DNA from: Malacoraja senta | Lineage: Eukaryota | DNA: 40,663 nucleotides | Assembly: GCA_038087875.1 (NCBI GenBank) | Contig: JAXLNO010000596.1 | Coordinates: forward strand, 1-40,663 | Direction of reading: 5' to 3' | Part shown: positions 1 through 11,343 of the stretch, piece after piece | How positions within the stretch are numbered: the first letter of the stretch is position 1 | Layout: each line of letters opens with the position of its first letter | Notes under the pieces: generated by a model | The model's database searches: none | Told to the model about the DNA's origin: nothing | What the model saw: the letters and a program-made list of their open reading frames with translations, nothing else | Position numbers and translations under genes: made by a program

Positions 1-425
1 TTTACCAAGCGCAGGCTTGGCAATCGTTTCACTGCAGACCTCTGCTTTGTCCGTCTTAACCTACCTCAGCACTTCAACTCCCCCCTCCCATTCCCAATCT
101 GACCTTTCTGCCCTGGGCCACCTCCATGGCCAGAGTGAGGCCCAGCCCAAATTAGAGGAACAGCACCTTGTATTTCGCTTGGGTAGTTTACACCCCAGCG
201 GTATGAACATTGACTTCTTTAACTTCAGATAGCCCTTGCTTTCCCTCTCCATCCCCTCCCCCTTCCCAGTTCTCCCACCAGTCTTACTGTCTGCGACTAC
301 ATTCTATCTTTGTCCCGCCCACTCCCCTGACATCAGTCTGAAGAAGGGTCTCGACCCGAAACGTCGCCCATTCCTTCTCTCCTGAGATGCTGCCTCACCC
401 GCTGAGTTACTCCAGCAATTTGGTG
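1..425 (+). mobile_element. Penelope-like element 3' fragment (decayed GIY-YIG end plus terminal repeat with hammerhead motif)
   Basis: accaagcgcaggcttggcaatcgtttc encodes TKRRLGNRF, homologous to the copies at 17575-18232 and 26150-26948. Confidence 0.8.
338..365 (+). ncRNA. Minimal hammerhead ribozyme motif (PLE-associated)
   Basis: CTGAAGA-A-GGGTCTCGACCC-GAAAC-GTC: CUGANGA core, stem II hairpin, GAAA, ACGU palindromic stem III and GUC cleavage triplet. Confidence 0.75.
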
Positions 426-562
426 TCCGCAATAGATCTACAAGGTTTTCCATCTTCCGCAGCCATGTTTCACATTGATATTTCGTGGCCTGAAAATCCC
501 AACGACTTGAGAAAAGCTTTCGAGTATGGTGCTGTACAGGGGTACCGTGCCAGTCTGTGTCG

Positions 563-1155
563 ATTAGTTTAGAGTTACAGCATGGAAACAGGCCCCGCCA
601 ACCAGCGATACCCGCTAGCTCTCCCCTACACACACTAGGGACGGGTTACAGAAGCTAAACCTATATGCCTTTGGAGTTTGGGAGGAGACAGGAGATCCTG
701 GAAAAAAAACCCACGCAGGTCATGGGGAGAACGTACAAACTCTGTGCAAACAGCACCCGAGGTCAGGATCGAACCTGGGTCCCTGGCGCTGTAAGGCAGC
801 CACCCCACCGCTGCGCCACCGTGCCGCCGTTGTTTTGGGCCTCCAGAGTGATATTACTTTAGTTTAGTGTAGAGATACAGGGCAGAAACAGGCCCTGCGG
901 CCCACCGAGTCCACGCCGACCAACGATCCCCGCACGCTTACACTATCCTGTGCACATTAGGGACAATTTACCATCATGCCAAGCCAATTAACCTGCAAAC
1001 CTGTACGTCTTTGGAGTGTGGGAGGAAACCGGAGATCTCGGAGAAGACCCAGGCGGTCACGGGGAGAACGTGCAAACTCCGTACAGACAGCACCGAAGGT
1101 CAGGACCGAACCTGGATCTCTGGCGCTGTGAGGCAGCAACTCCACTGTGCCCCCC
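563..1155 (-). mobile_element. Two adjacent HE1-like tRNA-derived V-SINE copies (about 563-828 and 857-1155)
   Basis: Reverse complement of the SINE consensus: tRNA-like head, V-domain (gagtttgtacgttctcccc...ggtttcctcccacactccaaag) and (CTAAA)n tail. Confidence 0.85.
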
Positions 1156-1440
1156 TTATTTTCCCACACATTTCATAGAGAGAGAGAGAGTCCTGCGTTT
1201 AAAATTTTGAATTCCAGGTCATGTGTATTTGCGCTTAGCGACCAGTGTAATCTGTTGCCACGGTGACCTCCCTTTACACTGCACTTCTCTGCTGGGCCAC
1301 TTGCTCCAGCAAGGAATAGTTGAAGCAGGAGTGGTGTCACCATTGTTCAGTTTAATTTATTGTCACGTGTACCGAGGTACAGTGAACGGCTTTTGTTGCG
1401 TGCTATCCAGTCAGCGGAAAGACAATACATGATTACAATC

Positions 1441-2060
1441 TCTTCGCGGCCTATCAGCGGGACTGGAGCGGCGTTTTCCTGCCGGGACGGTCCTGGACTA
1501 CAGCTTCGTCGGCGGCGCAGCGCTGAAGCACCGTGTGGTGAGCTCCGGAGTGCCGACTCCCAACATCGAGGAGCTGTGGCTGTGGCTGTGGCTGCGGGCG
1601 GTGCTGACTTGGACCACCGAGGAGTCTGGGATCTCTCGCCGAGATCGCCAGAGTCGGAGCTCCGACCAGCGCGGCCTGGGGACTTCGGGGGCCGCAGGAA
1701 GCGGCCGTTCCAGTTACTGCAAACGCCGCTGAAGAGTGTTCTCCCAACGCCGGAGCTCCATCATCCGGCGGGAGGGCCTATAACATGCGGCGGCTGCGGA
1801 GGCCTCAAATAGGCCCGACCTCGGGTGAACTAAGTGGAGGAGGATTGGACGTTTTAGTGCCTTCTCTCATAGTGGAAAATGTTGATTCTGCTGTGAGGGG
1901 ACGTTCATGTTAAACTATAGTGTGTTGTGTCTTTTTTTATTGTTATATTTTATATGGATGTATGGAAATCTAATTTCTTCTCTGTAAAGCACTTTGGCTT
2001 CAACGTGATTTGATTTTAAAGTGCTATATAAATAAAAATCACTTACTTACTACTTACTCA
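1441..2060 (+). mobile_element. GC-rich non-autonomous retroelement with an L2-like 3' tail and (CTTA)n
   Basis: Ends gtaaagcactttg...aaagtgctatataaataaa followed by (ctta)n. It starts right after the TSD-like TTACAATC inside a Rex-type tail. Confidence 0.55.
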
Positions 2061-2061
2061 C

Positions 2062-4319
2062 TGTTGTTTACAAATACACAGGACACAGATGTTAAAAGTC
2101 CAAAGTGCCAAATATCAACTTACTCCCGATGGTGATGGGAGCCTTCTGCACTCACCTATGCTGCTCCGATGTTGAGAAAGGCTAGGCAGACACGTCATTG
2201 AGGTTATCAAGTGGGCACCTACTTTCATCGACGTTTCGCTGATTGAACCCACGACGTCTCCAGTAGGCTCAGCGGTCCCAGAACCACCCCCCTCGGCATC
2301 TGTCTAGTCGGTTATTTGGGGGACCATATGGGGTCTTTCCTCTTCAGCCAGAGCCACTGGCTACTCCGCTCTGCCAACCGTGATGTTTCTTTGATGGCCT
2401 GGCGTAGGGCTTGTCCGCTGATCCCCAGGTCCTTCATCGGTCTTAAGGTAGATGTTGCCACCAATCCTCGACATCCAACTTCTCCCGGGCAGATCTTAGC
2501 TCTCCAGCCCCGCTGTACTGCCTCCGCTACAAGCTCTGTATATCGCAGTTTCTTTCTTTCGAAGGCTTCCTGAACATGAAATCCTCCCAAGGGACTGTGA
2601 GCTCCATGAAATACACCACGCGCTGAGAGTTCGACCAGAGCACAAGATCAGGCCTCAAGTTGGTGATGGCTATCTCTGATGGAACTGTAAGCCGTTGGTC
2701 CACATCCACCAGCATCTGCCAATCCCGGGCTACCTCCAGCTGTCCAAACCTGGTCCTTGGTGGAATTTTCCATTGCCTTTGTTCCCCCTCCCCCCCCACC
2801 CGAACAAAGGCAATTGTCTTAACTGGGTTGGTTGTTTCTGGGCGGCAGGGCATTGTTGGCTGTTCTCCTGCGTTCCAGAGTCGCTGCCAGCCATTTGAGC
2901 ACGTGATTATGTCTCCAGGTGTACCGTCCTTGGGAGAGGCTTACTTTACACCCAGTGAGGATGTGCCTAAGTGTGGCTGGTGTTGAACACAGGGGGGCAT
3001 GATGGATCTTCGCCCAGCCATTGGTTGAGATTTTTGGGGCTAGGAAGGACATCATAGGTTGCCCGAATGAGGAAACTTATCCTGCTCGCCTCCATCTCCC
3101 ACATGTCCTTCCAGCTGATCTTCCTCTTTTCCACACTCTCCCATCTCATCCACTGGCCCTGTTTAGCTTGCGACACAGCCTTGGCACACCTACTCAACTC
3201 CTCCTGTCGGCGGACTTCGGTCGCGACCAACTTCCAGCGCTCCAGTGATGACGCCTTGTTCCAGCAAGGTCGCTTTCCGCCAAGCCCCAAGCCACTTCTT
3301 CCCTTTTCGATTTGCCCTACCATGTCGCCTTGGTGGAGAGCAGATTTTGCCTGCTGTGTCGCATTCTTAGCCGAGCACTTCTTTCCTGTTGCCAGGGTTG
3401 GAGCAGCAGCTCGGATGACAGTGTCCCTTGATTCTGCCGGGGTCATCTCTAGTCTGACTTTAGTGCACTTGTACTCCTCTGTGAGGCTAGAGAGAGGCAG
3501 CTGGAGTACATCCTGACCGTACAGGCCTACGCTGCTCAGGCACCGAGGAACAACTAACCACTTTCTCACGAAAGAGCTGATTGTTCATTCTATCTTCTCG
3601 ACTCTTGTGAGGGTGATGTCATACATGGTTAGTGGCCACATAAGTGGAGGTAATAACCCAAACTGCAGGCACCAGATTTTCAGCTTTCCAGGCAGCATGG
3701 ATCGGTCGATGTTCGCCAGACCTTTGATGACTTCTTGCCTAAACTCGTTAGCCTGATCAGTGTCCTTCAGTTTAGAGTTATACCATCTTCCCAGCCTTTT
3801 GATTGGCTTCTCTGACACAGTTGGGATAGGTTCTTGATCAATGAAGAACCTTTGATCTATCAGTTTGCCTTTGATTATAGAAATGCTTCTTGATTTGGAT
3901 GGCTTGAATTTCATTCTGACCCCAGTGATGTTTTCTTCAAGCTTCCCTAAAAGGCGCCTGGTGCAAGGTGCTGTTGTTGTTATGATTGTCATGTCATCCA
4001 TGTAGGCCCTGATGGGTAGTAGACGGACTCCATACTTCATCCGCTCGCCACCCACTACCCACTTGGAGGCCCTTATGATGACTTCCATAGCCATTGCAAA
4101 AATCAATGGGGAGATGGTACACCCCGCCATAATGCCAATCTCCATGCAGTGCCATGTGGTCGTGAAGTCAGGCGCGGTGAAACAAAGCTGCAGATCTTGA
4201 AAATAACCCTTGACAAGGCGTGCGATAGTCTCTGGTATCCTGAAGAAGTCAAAGGATGCCCAGAGGAAACTGTGAGGGACAGTTCCGAACGCGTTGGCAA
4301 GGTCAAGGAAAATGACAAA
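2062..4319 (-). mobile_element. 5'-truncated, decayed Hero/R2/NeSL-type LINE (RT plus restriction-like endonuclease)
   Basis: Consecutive ORF pieces carry FLDLANAFGTVPH, GIMAGCTISP, AYMDD (RT), CxxxxxLRHILTGC...RHNHVL (CCHC/RHN), LRPDLVL, ELTVPWE, KKLRY and EVGCRG (RLE). They are broken by frameshifts and stops. Confidence 0.9.
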
Positions 4320-4419
4320 GTGATTTGATTTAAAAGTGCTATACAAATAAAAATTACTTACTACCTACCTACTTACTTACTTACAATCGAGCCATTTACA
4401 GTGTATAGAGAGATTTAAG

Positions 4420-4785
4420 AGTGTCAAAGTCAATTTTATTGGTCACATACACCCGAAGGTGCAGTGAAATGAATTTGCCAGCAGCGATACACTTAGAAAG
4501 AACACACAATACACAATAGAATTTAACACAAACATCCACCACAGCATTCTTCACTGTGATGGAAGGCAACAAAGTTCAGCCAGTCCTCCTCCTTTGTTCA
4601 CCCGTGGTCGGGGCCATAAACCCTCCGTAGTCGCCGCTACGGACGGCCCGATGTACAGGCCCTCTCGTTGGGATGATCAAAGCCCCGACGTCGGGACGGT
4701 CAAACACACTCCGTGGCTTGGAGTGTCCGAATCGGCCACTTTCCTACCGGAGACCGCGGCTTCAGGATGTTATAGGCCTGTTCAG
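4420..4785 (-). mobile_element. Non-autonomous retroelement with a Rex1-type tail and a body related to 1441-2060
   Basis: The minus strand ends ttcactgcaccttcgggtgtatgtgaccaataaa. It shares ggcctataacat and the block ccgacc.cgggtgaac.aa..ggaggagga with 1775-1930. Confidence 0.5.
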
Positions 4786-5072
4786 GATGTGGAGCGAAGG
4801 GCCTGTTTCCGTGCTGTATGGCTCGATATACACAGAAACAGGAACAAACGACCACAGAATCATCAGACACCCACCTATAAACGTCAATCCCCCACATTTT
4901 ATTCTCCCCACATTCCCGACAACTTTTACCCAGATTCTACCATTCACCTGCACTCTTTGGGCTGTTTACTTTTAACCAGCTATTAACCTACCTGGCCCTT
5001 GAGGTGGGAGCAATGCAAACTCTGCACAGATATGGGCCAAAAGTGGGCAGGTGGGACTGGTGTCCATTTTTT

Positions 5073-5194
5073 GGTTTAGATTAAAGATACAGCGTGGAAA
5101 CGGGTCCTTCGGCCCACCAAGTCCGCGCCGACCAGCGATCCCCGCATACTAGCCCTATCCTTCACCAGGGCTAGTAAATCACGCACACACGCAC

Positions 5195-5253
<59 letters not shown>

Positions 5254-5470
5254 GAAAAAAAAAAAAAGAAATGATTTACAATTTTACTGAACCCAATTAG
5301 CCTACAAACCTGTACATCTTTGGAGTGCGGGAGGAAACCGGAGCACCCGGAGGAAACCCACGCAGGTCACGGGGGGAACGTACAAACTCCGTACAGACAG
5401 CACCCGTAGTTGGGATCGAACCCGGGTCTCTGGCGCTGTGAGGCAGCAACTCTACCGCTGCGCCACCCTG
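5073..5470 (-). mobile_element. HE1-like SINE with an expanded internal (CA)n and A-rich tract
   Basis: SINE consensus on the minus strand, with (CA)n at about 5180-5250. Confidence 0.85.
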
Positions 5471-5768
5471 TCAAGCTGTTATCTTGCACTAGCATTATTC
5501 CCTTTTTCCTGTATTTGCGCACGGGGCATGTTGGCCAGCATGGGCAAGTTGGGCTGAAGGGCCTGTTCCCACGCTGTACGACTCCGTGACGACGTTTGCC
5601 ATCAACCTTTTGCAGGAAGTGTGTAGTGGAACAGAGTGGAGGAAATTGCTTTTTCTCTGTTCAATTAGTTGTTGAAAGCCAAGACTGCAGGGAGGAAAGA
5701 GCGGGTGAACTGAACGGCAGGCAACAATATTCTATATGTTTATTCTTTGCCTCTATTGTGATCCGCAG

Positions 5769-5846
5769 AATTTCCTGAGAGACTTGTTTCTTCGACACAA
5801 GAAAACTATTCCAGACAACAAATTGGATGAGTACACAGACACAATG
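5769..5846 (+). CDS. SCGN: Secretagogin coding exon (78 nt; [26 protein letters not shown])
   Basis: Acceptor ccgcag| and donor |gtgagt. The peptide matches the vertebrate SCGN segment [26 protein letters not shown] and is in phase with the next exon. Confidence 0.95.
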
Positions 5847-5855
5847 GTGAGTCTG

Positions 5856-6815
5856 CCCTGGGTGTCCTTGTACATCAGTCACTGAAAGTAAGCATGCAGG
5901 TACAGCAGGCAGTGAAGAAAGCCAATAGCATGTTGGCCTTCATTGCCAGAGGATTTGAGCTTTCAAGAGAGAGCTGGATAGGGCTCTTAAAAATAGCGGA
6001 GTCAGGGGATATGGGGAGAAGGCAGGAACGGGGTACTGATTGGGGATGATCAGCCATGATCACATTGAATGGCGGTGCTGGCTCGAAGGGCCAAAAGGCC
6101 TGCTCCTGCAGTTGTACAGGGCCCCGGTGAGACAACGCCTGGAGTGTTATGTGCAGCCTATTGTCTCCTAATTTGAGGAAGGACATTCTTCCTATTGCGG
6201 GAGTGCAGCGTAGGCTCACCAGGTTAAATCCCGGGATGACGGGACTGGCAAATGATGAAAGAATAGACAATGGACAATAGGTGCAGGAGTAGGCCATTCA
6301 GCCCTTCGAGCCTGCACCGCCATTCAATGTGATCACGGCTGATCATCCTCAATGCTCGGGGGTTGCATACCTATTGGGTCGACTGGGCTGATATTCACTG
6401 GAATTTAGAAGGATGAGACGGGATCTGGTAGAAACGTACAACATTCTTAAGGGATTGGACAGGCTAGATGCAGGAAAAATGTACCCCATGTTGAGGGGAG
6501 TCCAGAACCAGGGGTCATACAGCTTAAGAATAAGGGGGTAGGCCATTTTATAACTGAGATGAGGAAAAACTTTTTCCCCCAGAGAGTTGTGAACCTGTGG
6601 AATTCTCTGCCACAGAAGGCAGTGGAGGCCAATTGCACTGGATGTTTTCAAGAGAGAGTTAGATTTAGCTCTTAGGGATAACGGAATCAAGGGATATGGG
6701 GAGAAAGCAGGAACGGGGTACTGATTTTGGATGATCAGCCATGATCATATTGAATGGCTCGAAGGGCTGAATGGCCTACTCCTGTATCTATTTTCTATCG
6801 TTTCAATGTTTCTGC
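5856..6815 (+). mobile_element. Rearranged CR1 LINE 3' fragments
   Basis: Matches the CR1 RT C-terminus and 3' UTR (gatcagccatgatc...gaatggc...tttctat) seen in the other copies. Confidence 0.85.
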
Positions 6816-7142
6816 CTGAATGTGAGCAGCATATTTCACAGCTCACTAACTCCAGAGCCACTGTTTGTGTGTCAGATCAAAGCTTTTCTCTGCGCCCATG
6901 GATTTATTTCCAATCTACGCCATCCCAGCCTGGATGTCTCATCTGTTCTATTTGAAGCAGTAATAACTGATTTGGACAGTCCTGTTTATTTTATTTTTAT
7001 TTAGCTGGGTGCATTGCAATGAATGTGAAGATGGCTCCTTACACATAAGCATGTCAGCTGGCCTAGTTTAGTTCTTTAAGTTTCATTTTTCAGTTCATTA
7101 TTTAGTGTTTAGTTTTTAGTTTCATAGAAACATAGACAATAG

Positions 7143-7453
7143 TCCTTCTCTATGAAGTATGTTATAAGAGTTATAATAGAGCGATTGTTCCTTCTTTCTT
7201 TCTCTTTCTTTTCTAGGGTCTATTTTCTAACTTTACTTCCTTCTCTAACTTCTTTTCTAAGGGGCTTTCTTTTCCCAACACTCTTTTGCACTTCACAACC
7301 TTTGCGCACTTTCTTCACTTTTCTTACTTCTTTCTTTTTCTTTCTTAAAGTTTAAAAAAGTGAAGCGGTACAAAAAATGTATTAATATATACGTGTTGTA
7401 CATTACTGTAATCTACCGTACTTCTATTAAAAAAATTATTAAAAAAAAAAAAA
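7143..7453 (+). mobile_element. Poly(A)-tailed retrocopy (L1/Tx1-type 3' UTR fragment) with a 17-bp TSD
   Basis: A perfect direct repeat AGAAACATAGACAATAG at 7126-7142 and 7454-7470 flanks a T-rich insert that ends in poly(A). Confidence 0.8.
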
Positions 7454-7792
7454 AGAAACATAGACAATAGGTGCAAGAGGAGGCCATTTGGCCCTTCGAG
7501 CCAGCACCGCCATTCAATGTGATCATGGCTGATCATCCACAATCAGTAACCCGTGCCTGCCTTCTCCCCCTATCCTTTGATTCCGCTAGCCCCTCGAGCT
7601 CTATCTAATTCTCTTTTAAATGCATCCAGTGAATTGGCCTCCACTGCCTTCTGTGGCAGGGAATTCCACAAATTCACAACTCTCTGGTTGAAAACGTTTT
7701 TTCTCGTCTCAGTTTTAAAGGCCTCCCCTTTATTCTTAGACTGTGGCCCCTGGTTCTGGACTCCCCCATCATTGGGAACATTTTCCCTGCAT
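7454..7792 (-). mobile_element. CR1 LINE 3' fragment
   Basis: Reverse complement of the CR1 3' end (RVVNLWNSLP-encoding region plus 3' UTR). Confidence 0.85.
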
Positions 7793-7797
7793 CGTTT

Positions 7798-8645
7798 TTA
7801 GTTTCTTTTGGAGATACAGCGCAGAAACTGCCCCTTCAGCCCACCAAGCCCGTGCTGACCAGCGATCCCTGATCTCCGCACACTAATGGGGCTGTCCCAC
7901 ATGGGCGACCTAATTGGCGAGTTTAGAAGAGTTTGAAAAATTGACATGTTGAAGACCTCCCTCGACTATGTAGAAGACCTCCTTCAACCTCCTTCGACTA
8001 TGTTGAAGACCAGCTTCGACTAGCTACGACTAACTTCGGGAAAATTGGACACCGAATAGTGGAGAGTGAAGACGACCTCCTTCGATCTCCTTCGACCTCC
8101 CTTTGACCTCCCTTCGACTATGATGAAGACTATCTACGACTACCTTCGACTACCTTCGATTACCTACGACTAACATGCCGACCTACTGCAACTAAACCTA
8201 CGAGTAAAAAAAGTATCGATTTTTTCCATGGCGACCGTTTTTTTATTCGCGGGCATTTTTTAACATATTGAAAAAAACGCCGCGACCTAGCTGAGGCCTC
8301 GAGTACGCGGGGACTACTCTCGAGCATGAAGGAGAGTTATGAAGACCTCCTACCATCTTGTGTCGACCATGCTGCGAGTATGAGTCGAGGGCAAACTCGC
8401 CAGAACTCACGGATTAGGTCGCCCAAGTGGGACAGGCCCTTAACTCCATCCGACACACACACTAGGGATGATTTACAACTATACCGAAGCCAATTAACCT
8501 ACAAACCTGCACGTCTTTGGCGTGTGAGAGGAAAGCGGATCACCCGGAGAAAACCCACGCAGGTCACGGGGAGAACGTCCAGACAGTACCCGTAGTCAGG
8601 ATTGAACGTGGGTCTCTGGCGCTGTAAGGCAGCAGTTATACCGCC
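7798..8645 (-). mobile_element. HE1-like SINE interrupted by a MITE
   Basis: The SINE tail (7798-7886) continues at 8441 after the MITE. Confidence 0.8.
7887..8440. mobile_element. PIF/Harbinger-type MITE
   Basis: TIRs tggggctgtcccacatgggcgacctaat and attaggtcgcccaagtgggacaggccct; TAA TSD at 7884-7886 and 8441-8443. Confidence 0.88.
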
Positions 8646-8995
8646 CAGGAATCGATACAGTTGGATGTCCACAACAAGAATTTGAGGGACAGCGTTTGAT
8701 TGGAAATAGCTCCATGGGCTCGCTTTAAACAGGGATTTATTCAGTTTCGGAGGTCAAACAAAACATTTTAAAGTTCATGTGATAGGAGCAGAATTAGGCC
8801 ATTCGGCCCAACAAGTCTACACCGCCATTCAATCATGCCTGATCTATCTCTCCCTCCTAAACCCATTCTCCTGTCTTCTCCCCATAACCCCTGATCATGT
8901 ACGCCAAGTATATTAACATGAAAATGCTCATTGTTTGCATGTGGAAATCTATCTTGTGTGATGACCTCTCACTATTCACGATCAATTCATTTCAG

Positions 8996-9051
8996 ATGAA
9001 AATCTTTGATAAAAACAAAGATGGCCGCCTGGACCTTAATGACCTGGCAAG
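8996..9051 (+). CDS. SCGN: Secretagogin coding exon (56 nt; MKIFDKNKDGRLDLNDLA-R), EF-hand loop DKNKDGRLDLND
   Basis: Acceptor tttcag| and donor AG|gttagt. The phase-2 end joins the G that starts the next exon to give the Arg codon AGG. Confidence 0.97.
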
Positions 9052-9113
9052 GTTAGTAGAAACTATACGCTGCACCTCAACCTGTCTCTAGACGGTTAGG
9101 CCTAGAATAAGTG

Positions 9114-9952
9114 CAATAAACCTTTGTTATCACAGACGTCTTTATAACGGATATTGGTTATAGCTGACTGTTTCTTTGAGAAAACACAGGCTGCAAGTTA
9201 CACTACAGAGGCTATTTCCCTCCTGTGATCAATTTCCCTCCTGGGATAAATAATGTTCTATTGTATCGTATCATATAGAAGTTGACAAGGCAAAGAAGTT
9301 GAGAAGGCATTGAAATTGACAAGGCATTGAAATTGACAAGGCATTGAAATTGACAAGGCATTGAAATTGACAAGGCATTAAAATTGACAAGGCATTGAAA
9401 TTGACAAGGCATTGAAATTGACAAGGCATTGAAATTGACCAGGTATTGAAATTGACAAGGCATTGAAATTGACAAGGTATTGAAATTGACAAGGTATTGA
9501 AATTGACAAGGCATTGAAATTGACAAGACATGGAAATTGACAAGGTATTGAAATTGACAAGGTATTGAAATTGACAAGGTATTGACATTGACAAGGTATT
9601 GAAATTGACAAGGCATTGAAATTGACAAGGTATTGAAATTGACAAGGTATTGAAATTGACAAGGCATTGAAATTGACAAGACATGGAAATTGACTAGCAA
9701 TCGCTTCCATCGACACTTAACTCCATTAAACAATGTAGCAAACAGCCTTTAGTGTTTTAGCTTTCGGTAACAAAAATACATTGTTATCTGTTAGAAAGAA
9801 CTTTGTATTTGAAAACAACGCTGTTGTTTCACGGAGAGACCGCTAGGTAGTTGGAGCGAATCCCTTGCTCGGTTATAGCGGACAACCGGCAATAACGGAC
9901 ACCGTTCCCCCCCCCACCCCACCCCATGGTCCGTGAGAACGAGGGTTTACTG
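9114..9952. mobile_element. Degenerate pogo/Tigger-like MITE hosting a minisatellite
   Basis: Right end aacgagggtttactg|TA; the degenerate left end caataaacctttgtt resembles cagtaaaccctcgtt. Internal ataacgga motifs occur near both ends. Confidence 0.5.
9281..9695. repeat. 17-bp minisatellite (YATTGAAATTGACAAGG)n, about 24 copies
   Basis: Direct tandem repetition without spacers. Confidence 0.97.
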
Positions 9953-10542
9953 TACTTAAAGCAAGATGAGAACCAGTGAAGATAAACATATTTAAAGCAG
10001 ATGGATTACCTGTGGGAGAAGATACTTTTAGACAGGTGCAGAGACGCCAGGTGTTGGCAACAACCCCGCAGAAGTGCCGCACACATCTGCAAAACAAGAA
10101 CACTTAGTAACCCGTGACATCCACCACCATCTTGTATATGTCCGCCACTTACAGAATGCACAACTACAGTTGTAGCTCATGAGTTATAGGAGCAGAATTA
10201 GGCCATTCGGCCCATCGAGTCTACTCCGCCATTCAATCATGTCTGATCTATCTCTCCCTCCTAACCCCATTCTCCCGCCTTCTCCCCATAACCACTGACA
10301 ACCTGTACATGTCAAGAGTTTATCGATCTCTGCCTTAAAAATATCAATTGGCTTGGCCTCCACAGCCATCTGTGGCAATGAATTCCACAGATTAAAAAAT
10401 TGACTAAAAAAATTCCTCCTCCTTCCGTATACGACCACAAGACATAGCAGCAGAATTAGGCCATTCGCCCATCGGGTCTACTCCGCCATTCAATTACACC
10501 TTCCTAGAGGTACATCCTTCCAGGGATGGCATCTCTGGAGGT

Positions 10543-10570
10543 CTGAAGAAGGGTCCCGACCCGAAACGTC
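10543..10570 (+). ncRNA. Minimal hammerhead ribozyme motif (PLE-associated), intronic, sense to SCGN
   Basis: CTGAAGAAGGGTCCCGACCCGAAACGTC; the flanking ggt/acc can form stem I. Confidence 0.75.
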
Positions 10571-10830
10571 ACCCATTCCTTCTCTCCAGAGATGCTGCCT
10601 GTCCCGCTGAGTTACTCCAGCTATTTGTGTCTGTCTATGGAAGAGGTTGGGCAGGCCAGGACTCTATCGCTCAGATAAAGGGCTTGCAAAATGGTTGACA
10701 CAATGATGTACATTGCGAACAATTGGTCAAGACTCCTGGCATTTCATTCCCAGTCTTTCTCCACGTCCCCTAATAAACCCGTCCCTTTTCCAGTGCTGAA
10801 GAATGATCATCAACAGCCTGGAGAATTGTT

Positions 10831-10912
10831 TTCTTCTTCTTCTCCTTCTCCTTCTCCTTCTCCTTCTCCTTCTCCTTCTCCTTCTCCTTCTCCTTCTCCT
10901 TCTCCTTCTTCT
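10831..10912. repeat. (TCT)n/(TCTCCT)n microsatellite
   Basis: Directly visible. Confidence 0.97.
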
Positions 10913-10914
10913 TG

Positions 10915-11343
10915 TGTTTGAGGCAGCAGAGGTTATGTAACCTTCATTGATGAACTGTACACTGCAAGGGCCAGGAAGCGAGCGGGCAAGATAACCTCTG
11001 ACCCCTCTCACCCTGGCCACAAACTCTTTGAATCACTTCCCTCTGGAAGGCGACTCCGGACTGTCAAAGCTGCCACAGCCAGACATAAAAACAGCTTTTA
11101 TCCACGAGTAGTTGCTCTACTCAACAGCCAAAAATCTGTAGCCTCCCTTTGATCTGGTATTTTGTTGGTTCACATGCTTGATCAATGGTGTTTTATCATT
11201 AATGTTTTATTATTATTATTAATATTTAGTGTTTTCTGAGTCATTCGTAACTGTCACTATGTCATGTTGTTACTTGTGGGTGGAGCACCAAGGCAAATTC
11301 CTTGTATGTGAATATTTGGCCAATAAACTTACTTACTTACTTA
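10915..11343 (+). mobile_element. Rex1/Babar-like LINE 3' fragment
   Basis: Encodes RARKRAGKITSDPSHPGHKLFESLPSGRRLR and ends caaattccttgtatgtg...caataaa(ctta)n. Confidence 0.78.

Noticed and set aside
1360..1812. GC/CpG-rich ORFs resembling an exon or promoter island
   Set aside because: They lie inside a TSD-bounded insertion and show no recognisable protein similarity.
2312..4346. Possible intact RT-endonuclease gene
   Set aside because: It is split across several frames with stops and truncated inside the RT domain.
1..5768. Search for the preceding SCGN exon (IWRKYDADSSG-like)
   Set aside because: No matching sequence was found by eye, so it is presumed to lie upstream of the window.
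9212..9733. Three overlapping repetitive ORFs and a CRISPR-like periodic look
   Set aside because: It is a pure 17-bp tandem repeat with no unique spacers and no cas genes, in a vertebrate intron. The ORFs are a by-product of a stop-free unit.
10691..11020. Poly-Arg and Ser-Pro repeat ORFs
   Set aside because: These are translations of the (TCTCCT)n microsatellite.
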